This document shows positions 25,880 to 33,055 of a DNA stretch of 38,178 bases, piece after piece. Where the stretch lies: positions 1 to 38,178 of IMG/VR virus record IMGVR_UViG_3300044621_000538; one strand, 5' to 3'. Position numbers and translations under genes: made by a program. The stretch's first letter is position 1; each line of letters opens with the position of its first letter. The stretch is from a virus (lineage: Duplodnaviria > Caudoviricetes). The notes under the pieces were generated by a model that made no database searches, was not told the DNA's origin, and worked only from the letters and a program-made list of their open reading frames with translations.

Positions 25880-26476
25880 ATGTCAACAGTTCGCATCTCG
25901 GCCCCGATTGAGCATGAAGCCGCATACGCCAATGCGGTCAAGCGCAACATCATTGCAAACGCTCGCAAGACCTTCGAGCGCACCTATGCCGACCACGAGG
26001 CGGTTCTGGGTTTCATCGATGCTGGCCGCGAGTACGGCGACTACGGACGGGTCACCTACAAGGAAGGCTTTGTTGGCTCTCTGGCAAGCGCCTATGACCG
26101 CTTTGGCAAGCTGACCGAGGGTCAGGTCAACGCAGTTCGCAAGTGCATTGTTCAGCGCGAAGAGCGCCGCGCCGAGTGGGCTGACAAGCAAGCCACCCTG
26201 AATGCCAACCGCCAGCACCTGGGCACTGTGGGCCAGAAAATCACCATGACCATCACCGTGGTTCATATCGTCGTTCTGGACGGCATCTATGGCTCCAACT
26301 ACATCCACATCTGCGAGGACGAGAGCAAGAACGTGGTGATCTACAAGGGCAAGGCTTACGACTTCCCCTTGAAGGGCGAGACGGCCACTGTGACCGCAAC
26401 GGTCAAAGAGCATGGCGTCCGTGATGGCGTCAAGCAAACCGTCATCCAGCGCCCCAAGGTTCATCAGGCGGCATGA
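25880..26476 (+). CDS. hypothetical protein with C-terminal OB-fold-like domain
   Basis: GKLTEGQ motif; C-terminal beta domain ...ATVKEH....GVKQTVIQRPK. Confidence 0.75.
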   Translation: MSTVRISAPIEHEAAYANAVKRNIIANARKTFERTYADHEAVLGFIDAGREYGDYGRVTYKEGFVGSLASAYDRFGKLTEGQVNAVRKCIVQREERRAEWADKQATLNANRQHLGTVGQKITMTITVVHIVVLDGIYGSNYIHICEDESKNVVIYKGKAYDFPLKGETATVTATVKEHGVRDGVKQTVIQRPKVHQAA

Positions 26477-26483
26477 GGGGAAT

Positions 26484-26509
26484 GCCCCACTAAAACGTGG
26501 GGCTTCTTT
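26484..26509 (+). terminator. intrinsic terminator
   Basis: GCCCCAC-TAAAAC-GTGGGGC-TTCTTT. Confidence 0.75.
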
Positions 26510-26519
26510 AACAAAGTGT

Positions 26520-26588
26520 TTGACCGTTGAAATTTAACGCTGTTAGAATTCAGGCACTGCAACAAGCAGGAACGATAAGGAACAAATC
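26520..26588 (+). promoter_or_regulatory. promoter/leader cassette 3
   Basis: TTGACC(26520-26525)-18-TAGAAT(26544-26549), TG extension, hairpin CTGC/GCAG, GGAACGATA. Confidence 0.8.
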
Positions 26589-26837
26589 ATGAAATACATC
26601 GCAGAAATCGAGACCCGTGTCGCAGGCATCCCTTGCCTGATCGGCGTGATTGACTTCAGCCGGGTTCGCGGGAGCTACAGCTATCACGCTGCCAGCGACA
26701 TGGACTACTACGGCTATACCGAGTCGGAGTGGGATGTGTGTGACAGCCGTGGCCGCAAGGCTCCCTGGCTGGAGCGCAAGCTCAACGACAAGATGATCAG
26801 CGAGATCGAAACCACCGTTGCCGAATACTTTGCCTAA
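26589..26837 (+). CDS. hypothetical protein
   Basis: 82 aa; GIPCLIGV...DSRGRKAPWLERK. Confidence 0.8.
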   Translation: MKYIAEIETRVAGIPCLIGVIDFSRVRGSYSYHAASDMDYYGYTESEWDVCDSRGRKAPWLERKLNDKMISEIETTVAEYFA

Positions 26838-26848
26838 AGGAGAAAATC

Positions 26849-27049
26849 ATGGAATCCATTCACGTTAAAGCCAAGAACTACAGCAACATCTTCGTTGAGT
26901 CCGATTTGGACGACGACAAGAGACAAGAAATCTATCTGTCGATCCACATCACTGGCGGTCATTGCGCCACCCGCATGACCAGGGAGCAGGCGATCAATCT
27001 GGTCGAGGCTCTTCAAGCTGCCTTGGCTCACAATGAACAAGTCGTTTGA
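26849..27049 (+). CDS. hypothetical protein
   Basis: AAGGAG RBS, 66 aa. Confidence 0.7.
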   Translation: MESIHVKAKNYSNIFVESDLDDDKRQEIYLSIHITGGHCATRMTREQAINLVEALQAALAHNEQVV

Positions 27050-27329
27050 GGAGCGCAAGCGGGACTTCTGGGAGTGGCACAAAGCCAACCCAGGGGTCTG
27101 GGACTACTTCGAGCGATTCAGCTTGGAGGCGGTCTCCAAGGGCCGCAGGCAGGTCAGCCATTGGCTGATCATCAACCGCATCCGGTGGGAAGTGAACATC
27201 ATGACCACAGGTGAGGACTTCAAGATCAGCAACGACCACATCGCGTTCTACGCCCGCTTGTGGCGAGCGCGTTACCCCCAGCATAAAGACCTTTTCACCA
27301 TCAAGCGGATGATCGGAGAGCCTGAATGA
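27033..27329 (+). CDS. hypothetical protein
   Basis: F.EWH.ANP.VW...IINRIRWE...FKISNDHIAFYARL motif-rich 98 aa. Confidence 0.8.
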   Translation: MNKSFEERKRDFWEWHKANPGVWDYFERFSLEAVSKGRRQVSHWLIINRIRWEVNIMTTGEDFKISNDHIAFYARLWRARYPQHKDLFTIKRMIGEPE

Positions 27330-28003
27330 CGCCCCTGATCCAAGAGATGATTGCCATGCGGCCCGATGACTTTGCTCTCGACCATCACTGGTTCGACATG
27401 AGCGCCGTCTACAAGCACGAGCAGGCCATCAGCGGCGAAGTTCTCTCCAGGCCACTTCCGTTCCCCCAGGCCGCGCTTGTGTGCGCCTATGAGGGAAAGA
27501 AGGCGCTACTGTTCGTGTCTCGTTCTGGAGAGCTTACCGGGGTCGGTGGCCTGCAATGGGACAAGAAAACGATCAACGATATCCCTGGGTTTTTTTATCT
27601 GGTGGATGACGAGGGCATAAAAGTCAAGCACAAGGACGGGACGCCCTTTGACTACCGCACCAGCTTTGCTACGGGAGTTCTAGCCTTCATCGCGGCCTTT
27701 CTTGAGTCGCTGGAGACAACCCCGGCCACCGGCTATGTGCCCATCAAACGCGCCAACTGGCACAAGAAGATCAGGCAGGGCAAGGTTCCAACATATGACT
27801 GGACGACCGTAGTGATCGAGCCAAGCAAGCCCAAAAGCGACCCGCAGGGCGGCACACATTCAAGCCCGAGGTGGCATGAGCGCAGGGGCCACTGGCGAAC
27901 CATGAAAAAAACAGGCAAGCGCGTTTGGGTTAAGAACTGCGAAGTTGGAGATAAGGCCAGGGGCGCGGTGTTCCATGATTACCAACTCAAAGCGCAACAA
28001 TGA
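27326..28003 (+). CDS. hypothetical protein with GTHSSPRWHERRGHWR motif
   Basis: 225 aa; basic His-rich C-terminal motif of a type common in phage early proteins. Confidence 0.8.
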   Translation: MTPLIQEMIAMRPDDFALDHHWFDMSAVYKHEQAISGEVLSRPLPFPQAALVCAYEGKKALLFVSRSGELTGVGGLQWDKKTINDIPGFFYLVDDEGIKVKHKDGTPFDYRTSFATGVLAFIAAFLESLETTPATGYVPIKRANWHKKIRQGKVPTYDWTTVVIEPSKPKSDPQGGTHSSPRWHERRGHWRTMKKTGKRVWVKNCEVGDKARGAVFHDYQLKAQQ

Positions 28004-28326
28004 AACAAATCAAGATGAATGCAATTTGCTATGCACAGATGTGTGCGGCAATGATTGAGGGCGATATGACTTGCGAAGAGCTTGCCCAGGAGACCGGGCT
28101 GCACATCGTCACGGTGTACCAGTACGCAAGAGAGCTTCACCGCTTCGGTGCCGCTCACATTGCCCGCTACCTGCCCGATGTCAGGGGTCGGCATCTGATC
28201 AAGGTCTACAAGCTCGGGCCGGGACGGGACGCAAAGCGCGTGAGGATGAGTCACGCAGAGCGCCAGCAGCGCACGAGAGAAAAACGTAAAGCAATGATGA
28301 ACCCACTACTGAGGATGGCAGCATGA
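28000..28326 (+). CDS. HTH DNA-binding protein
   Basis: TCEELAQETGLHIVTVYQY HTH-like segment. Confidence 0.7.
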   Translation: MKQIKMNAICYAQMCAAMIEGDMTCEELAQETGLHIVTVYQYARELHRFGAAHIARYLPDVRGRHLIKVYKLGPGRDAKRVRMSHAERQQRTREKRKAMMNPLLRMAA

Positions 28327-28526
28327 AACCAACAGTCGAGAAAAACATTCCCATCCCAAAGAGATGGCCCTTCGATGAGATGAAGGTGGGAGACAGCTTC
28401 TTGATCCCCGCCGATGTCAAGCGCGTGACGTTCAGTGTCGCGGCCAAGCGATGGGCGAATAAACATGGTGCGAAATTCACAACACGCAAAACGCCCGAGG
28501 GTTATCGGTGCTGGAGGACAGAATGA
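28323..28526 (+). CDS. small putative DNA-binding protein
   Basis: VEKNIPIP..WPFDEMKVGDSF...RCWR motif. Confidence 0.75.
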   Translation: MKPTVEKNIPIPKRWPFDEMKVGDSFLIPADVKRVTFSVAAKRWANKHGAKFTTRKTPEGYRCWRTE

Positions 28527-28726
28527 ACATAGGCGACATCGTTCAGGTCAATCCTGAAAAAGAAATGTTTGGCGCTTGCATGGTGGTGGTCACCGAAGTC
28601 AAGCCGTGGGGCGTCCAGGGCTACGTTCAATCTGCCGGTGTTCCAGGGCAGCAGTTCATTCGCCTGAAGACAGAAGACTTTGAGCATACGGGCGGCACCG
28701 CCGTTTGGATTAGGGGTGAAGAATGA
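28523..28726 (+). CDS. small SH3-like hypothetical protein
   Basis: IGDIVQVNP..., GGAGG RBS. Confidence 0.7.
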   Translation: MNIGDIVQVNPEKEMFGACMVVVTEVKPWGVQGYVQSAGVPGQQFIRLKTEDFEHTGGTAVWIRGEE

Positions 28727-29250
28727 TCATCGAAGCCGCAAAGCAGGCGCTGGAGGCGCTGGAAAGCATTCCCGAAGAGGTTGAGGGTTACCTGCCTGAG
28801 TCTTGCACTGACGCAGTGATCGCCCTCCGCACCGCCATCGCAGAGGCTGAGAAGCAGGAGCCGGTGGCGTGGCCCTGTGAAATCGAGGAAGCAGATTTTG
28901 GGCGGAACACCGTCACCGTCAAGATGCTGACGCCCAACTACGCCATAAGGGCTGGCAAGCACTGGCTATCCACCACCCCACCCGCAGCACAGCAGGAGCC
29001 GGTGGCGTGGATTGAGCACATCGCTGGCGGGGTTGAATACAGTCCGTATCACCAAGTAGCAACGAAATTACCGGAAGGCGTGAAGTTTGATCTCTACACC
29101 TACCCACCCGCAGCACAGCGCCAGCCGCTGACGGAAATTGCAGAGGCACTGCGCCGATATGGCTTGACGTTGGTGCAGACCACCAAGGGTTATGACGTTA
29201 TGCGGCTTGGTGAGATCAGCGCCCACGGGATCGGGGGCAAGCATGACTAA
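28723..29250 (+). CDS. mosaic hypothetical protein with QEPVAW repeats
   Basis: QEPVAW twice and PPAAQ twice. Confidence 0.75.
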   Translation: MIIEAAKQALEALESIPEEVEGYLPESCTDAVIALRTAIAEAEKQEPVAWPCEIEEADFGRNTVTVKMLTPNYAIRAGKHWLSTTPPAAQQEPVAWIEHIAGGVEYSPYHQVATKLPEGVKFDLYTYPPAAQRQPLTEIAEALRRYGLTLVQTTKGYDVMRLGEISAHGIGGKHD

Positions 29251-29530
29251 ACAAACAGAAGCCCTGCGGCTGGCTGATGCGCTGTGTGAACCGATTGAAA
29301 AGTGTCCCCTGCCAACCCGTTTAGAAAAAGAAGCCGCCGCCGAACTGCGCCGATTGGACGCCGTGAACAAGCAACTGCTGGAGGCGCTGAAGGACATTGC
29401 ATACCAGCTTGAAAAAGCTCGAATTTGGGGCGGTATGGATTGGCATTACAACCCGTTGCACCCAATGCACTATCTTCCGGCAAGGGACAAAGCCCGCGCC
29501 GCAATCGCTGCGGCAAAGGGGGAAGCGTGA
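29243..29530 (+). CDS. hypothetical protein
   Basis: EALRLADAL...AAAELRRL...LLEALK...ARAAIAAAKGE modular motifs. Confidence 0.75.
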   Translation: MTKQTEALRLADALCEPIEKCPLPTRLEKEAAAELRRLDAVNKQLLEALKDIAYQLEKARIWGGMDWHYNPLHPMHYLPARDKARAAIAAAKGEA

Positions 29531-29766
29531 AATTCAGAAAGAAGCCCGTGGTCATCGAGGCCACGCAGTGGTTCAAGATGGGAGACCACCCGCAAGTAAT
29601 CGAGGCAACCCTCAGTGGTATGCCCATCGGCTTGATCGAAACCCTTGAGGGCGACCATATTGTCTCCCCCGGTGACTGGATCATCACCGGCATTAAAGGC
29701 GAACATTACCCCTGCAAGCCTGACATCTTTGAAGCAACGTATGAGCCAGTGGAGGAGCAAGCATGA
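29527..29766 (+). CDS. PGDYG-like small phage protein
   Basis: FRKKPVVIEA.QW...IETLEG...PGDWIITG.KGE.YPCKPDIF..TYE. Confidence 0.85.
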   Translation: MKFRKKPVVIEATQWFKMGDHPQVIEATLSGMPIGLIETLEGDHIVSPGDWIITGIKGEHYPCKPDIFEATYEPVEEQA

Positions 29767-29981
29767 ATAAAGATGAGATTATCCGCATGGCGCGGGAGGC
29801 TGGGTTTTTGACGCACGAAAACTCGCTCTATACAAACCACCGCTATGGCGATTGTCTTCAAGAAGTGCAACGCTTCGCCGCCCTTGTCGCCGCAGCGGTG
29901 TGCGAGTCTTTGGCCGCTGAAGCCGAGAAAAACGGCAACAGCATTTTGGCTATGCAACTTCGAGCAAGGGGACAGGCATGA
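29763..29981 (+). CDS. hypothetical protein, IIRMAREAG family copy 1
   Basis: MNKDEIIRMAREAGF...LRARGQ; GGAGGAG RBS. Confidence 0.75.
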   Translation: MNKDEIIRMAREAGFLTHENSLYTNHRYGDCLQEVQRFAALVAAAVCESLAAEAEKNGNSILAMQLRARGQA

Positions 29982-30283
29982 AAGAAGACATCATCCGCAT
30001 GGCGCGGGAGGCTGGTTTGCTGCGAAGCGGTGACGGATGGACAGAGCCTCATCGCTGGGGGTTGACAGAGATTGAAAGACTTGCAAATCTTGCCATTACC
30101 CATGAACGCGAAAAATCACTTCGGCTTTGGATGCTACTGGACGACGTTGATACCGCTGACGATATCGCAAAGTCTAATGACGCTGTTTACCGCAGCCTGT
30201 GCAGACAAGATCACGCAAAACGCTGGAGCGTGTTGACCGGTGATGAAGTTGACGCCGCTATCCGGGCAAAGGAAAACACATGA
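29978..30283 (+). CDS. hypothetical protein, IIRMAREAG family copy 2
   Basis: MKEDIIRMAREAGL...AAIRAK. Confidence 0.75.
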   Translation: MKEDIIRMAREAGLLRSGDGWTEPHRWGLTEIERLANLAITHEREKSLRLWMLLDDVDTADDIAKSNDAVYRSLCRQDHAKRWSVLTGDEVDAAIRAKENT

Positions 30284-30519
30284 CCGACAAAGTAAAACCC
30301 TTTATTAAAGCCACGACACCTGATAACGGAGACGCTATTGCGATGCTTGAGCAGTGGCTGGAAGACGCCAAAAATGGCAAGATTGTCACGGTCGCCTTGG
30401 TTGGTAAGCGCATCGGAGGTGAATGGCAGACCGGCATGAGTAGTTCGCAAAACAGTCTTGAGGATGCAGCTATGCTGATCGAACTTGGAATCCGGCGTCT
30501 TGGTTTTAAACAGAGGTGA
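30280..30519 (+). CDS. hypothetical protein
   Basis: 79 aa, ATGA-coupled. Confidence 0.7.
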   Translation: MTDKVKPFIKATTPDNGDAIAMLEQWLEDAKNGKIVTVALVGKRIGGEWQTGMSSSQNSLEDAAMLIELGIRRLGFKQR

Positions 30520-30522
30520 AAA

Positions 30523-30780
30523 ATGAAAGAAGACATCATTCGTATGGCACGTGAGGCGCGGGGGTACCCAGCAGCACCGACAGATGGGTCGTTGTGGCTG
30601 TTCTCTGAGTCGCATCTTGAACGCTTCTTTCACATGGCCCAAGCAACAGAGCGCGAGGCGTGTGCTCAGATGGCAGAGGCATTCCACCGGAACCAGTACG
30701 ACTTCACTGGCGACCTTGAATTGCACGAAGCCATCCGAGCAAGGGGGCAGGGTTTGACCCATAGTGGCGAGAACGAGTAA
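30523..30780 (+). CDS. hypothetical protein, IIRMAREAG family copy 3
   Basis: MKEDIIRMAREARG...EREACA...AIRARGQ. Confidence 0.75.
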   Translation: MKEDIIRMAREARGYPAAPTDGSLWLFSESHLERFFHMAQATEREACAQMAEAFHRNQYDFTGDLELHEAIRARGQGLTHSGENE

Positions 30781-30806
30781 ACTGGCCGTTAAAGGAGCCG
30801 TTTAAC
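30754..30806 (+). promoter_or_regulatory. promoter and RBS hairpin for the packaging genes
   Basis: TTGACC(30754-30759)-18-TAAACT(30778-30783); inverted repeat GTTAAA/TTTAAC enclosing GGAG. Confidence 0.6.
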
Positions 30807-30808
30807 TC

Positions 30809-31414
30809 ATGGACTCACAAACCCCCAAACCCAAGAAAAAAACCCGCCAAAACGCCGAAAAAGGGGCTTCGCAAGCCATCCTTGAGGCAATCCCACAACC
30901 AGAATCCGCGCCGCCAAAGAAAAAGATAGGAAGGCCATCTAAGTACACCCCTGAGATCGCTCAAGAGATGTGCAATATGCTCGCTGATGGAATCCCTCTC
31001 AGAGAGATATGCAGACAAGAAGGATACCCAGCCTGGAGAACTGTCTACGACTGGATGTATCAGGACGATGCTCTGGGGGAGAAGGGCGTCGGTCTTTCCG
31101 CAGCTATCGCCCGTGCCCGAGAGGTGGGCCAGGACGCCATTGCAGAGCAAATCTGGGTGGAGATCAATCAAGAGCCTGAGCGCATCCTCTCTGAAGGCGG
31201 TGGCCGCATTGATCCGGGTTACGTCCAATGGCAAAAGGCAAAAGCTGAGATTGGCCTGAAACTTTTGGCGAAATGGAATCCAAAGCGTTACGGGGACAAG
31301 GTTCAGCTTGGTGGCGATCCGGGAAATCCGATACAAACACAAGTCGATGTAAGTCTTTTTGATACGCTGCTGACGACACTGGAAGCCCGCAGACAGGAAA
31401 AAATCAATGGCTGA
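30809..31414 (+). CDS. terS: terminase small subunit
   Basis: GRPSKYTPEIA..C..LADG..LREIC HTH, LLAKWNPKRYGDK; directly before terL. Confidence 0.88.
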   Translation: MDSQTPKPKKKTRQNAEKGASQAILEAIPQPESAPPKKKIGRPSKYTPEIAQEMCNMLADGIPLREICRQEGYPAWRTVYDWMYQDDALGEKGVGLSAAIARAREVGQDAIAEQIWVEINQEPERILSEGGGRIDPGYVQWQKAKAEIGLKLLAKWNPKRYGDKVQLGGDPGNPIQTQVDVSLFDTLLTTLEARRQEKING

Positions 31415-32828
31415 CCCCTTGGTCGAGCTATTGTCTGACCCCAAAACGCGCCAGCAATACGCCAAGCTCCCCGAAGACCAGCGCGAAGCCTTCGCCTGGA
31501 GGACAAAGTGGCTGTCAACGGCCCACGACCACCAGATTCTCCCGCCTGGGGACTGGTGGACGATCTGGCTGCTGCTGGCCGGACGGGGAGCCGGGAAGAC
31601 CCGCACCGCTGCCGAGCAGGTGGCATGGTGGGCATGGCAGGAGCCTGGGACACGCTGGCTCGTCGCTGCCCCGACTTCCGCTGACGTTCGCTCCACTTGC
31701 TTTGAGGGCGACTCGGGCCTGATGTCCGTCATCCCGCAGTGCCTGATCGCCGAGTACAACAAGGCGCTGCACGAACTCAAACTGATCAACGGATCACTGA
31801 TCAAGGGCATCCCGGCCAGCGAGCCTGAGCGGTTCCGGGGGCCGCAGTTCCACGGGGCTTGGTGCGACGAGCTTGCCGCCTGGGACTACCTTCAGGAAGC
31901 CTGGGATCAGATCATGTTCGGGGTGCGTTTGGGCAAGAAGACCCGCATCCTCTGCACGACGACCCCGAAGCCCAAGGACTTGATCATCGAGCTTGTAGGA
32001 CGGGACGGCGACGATGTGAAGGTCACCACCGCCTCTACTTACGCGAACCTTGCAAACCTTGCGCCCAGCTTCCAGAAGCAAATCTTGCAGTACGAGGGCA
32101 CAAAGCTAGGACGCCAGGAAATCTACGCTGAGATCATCGACCCCGAGGAGTCGGGCATCGTCAAGCGCGAGATGATCAAGCTCTGGCCGACGAACAAAGA
32201 GTTCCCCAAGTTCGAGTACATCCTCCAGAGCTACGACTGCGCCACCAGCGAGAAGACCGTCAACGACCCTACGGCAGCGGCGACCTGGGGCGTGTTCAAG
32301 CCCACCGATGGCCCGATGTCCGTCCTGCTGATCGACTGCTGGCAAGACCGCCTCCAGTACCCCGACCTGCGGCCCAAGGTGCAGGACGAGTACGAGGTGG
32401 TGTACGGCGAGGGCAAGAACAGGAAGAGGGTTGACTTGATCTTGATCGAGGACAAGAGCGCGGGTATCTCGCTGATTCAAGACCTCCAGCGGGCGCACCT
32501 GCCGGTCAGGGCGTACAACCCAGGCGGGGCCGACAAGCTCCAGCGGCTGAACATCGTCTCGTCCCTGTTTGCCCGTGGCCGGGTCTGGATGCCAGAATCG
32601 AGCCAGCGGCCAGGATATGTCCGGGATTGGGCCGAGCCGCTCCTGAGCCAGCTTTGCTCGTTCCCTGACACCACCCACGACGACTTCGTGGACGCCACGA
32701 CCCAAGCCTTGCGGTTCCTCCGGGACGCAGGATTCATCGACATCGACGGAGACGCACCGGAGCCATATGATGAAGACGACTACATCGACTCAGGACGCCA
32801 ACGAAGCGTCAACCCCTACGCAGTATGA
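31407..32828 (+). CDS. terL: terminase large subunit
   Basis: Walker A AGRGAGKT, Walker B AWCDE, coupling motif TTTP, RNase H-type nuclease (SYD, IEDK, HDDFVDA). Confidence 0.95.
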   Translation: MADPLVELLSDPKTRQQYAKLPEDQREAFAWRTKWLSTAHDHQILPPGDWWTIWLLLAGRGAGKTRTAAEQVAWWAWQEPGTRWLVAAPTSADVRSTCFEGDSGLMSVIPQCLIAEYNKALHELKLINGSLIKGIPASEPERFRGPQFHGAWCDELAAWDYLQEAWDQIMFGVRLGKKTRILCTTTPKPKDLIIELVGRDGDDVKVTTASTYANLANLAPSFQKQILQYEGTKLGRQEIYAEIIDPEESGIVKREMIKLWPTNKEFPKFEYILQSYDCATSEKTVNDPTAAATWGVFKPTDGPMSVLLIDCWQDRLQYPDLRPKVQDEYEVVYGEGKNRKRVDLILIEDKSAGISLIQDLQRAHLPVRAYNPGGADKLQRLNIVSSLFARGRVWMPESSQRPGYVRDWAEPLLSQLCSFPDTTHDDFVDATTQALRFLRDAGFIDIDGDAPEPYDEDDYIDSGRQRSVNPYAV

Positions 32829-32982
32829 GGCGAGGCTCTCAGTCTGCGAAGGGCGGCTTGAGTTCTCCCGCAGTGATCACGGGCTGTCGGTCACCAGGGA
32901 GTTTGCCCACAAAATCCTCGACGATTGGTTCGACCGTTTGCGAAAATCTCGGGATATGTCAGGTCAGGCCAAGGTGCTTTAA
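32767..32982 (+). CDS. possible small protein overlapping the terL end
   Basis: 71 aa with an amphipathic helix (FAHKILDDWFDRL) filling the gap after terL; GGAG upstream. The alternative frame 32825..33052 looks less protein-like. Confidence 0.35.
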   Translation: MMKTTTSTQDANEASTPTQYEARLSVCEGRLEFSRSDHGLSVTREFAHKILDDWFDRLRKSRDMSGQAKVL

Positions 32983-32999
32983 CTGTGATATGTGGCAGA

Positions 33000-33028
33000 T
33001 GGACTTGACAAAAGCCCAAAGGCATAAT
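33000..33028 (+). promoter_or_regulatory. putative promoter for the polyvalent gene and portal
   Basis: TGGACT(33000-33005)-17-CATAAT(33023-33028); GAGGT RBS before ATG 33056. Confidence 0.45.
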
Positions 33029-33055
33029 CCACATATTAAGTCAGCGAGGTAGAGC

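Noticed and set aside
25026-26588. CRISPR array or attachment sites
   Set aside because: Only two exact copies exist, separated by whole genes and containing promoter elements; no cas or integrase gene is in the window.
28853-30746. Diversity-generating retroelement TR/VR pair
   Set aside because: The repeats are short and exact, not ~100-bp adenine-specific variants, and no reverse transcriptase is present.
33005-33028. TTGACA as the -35 of the polyvalent gene promoter
   Set aside because: It is only 12 bp from CATAAT; the overlapping TGGACT gives the correct 17-bp spacing.
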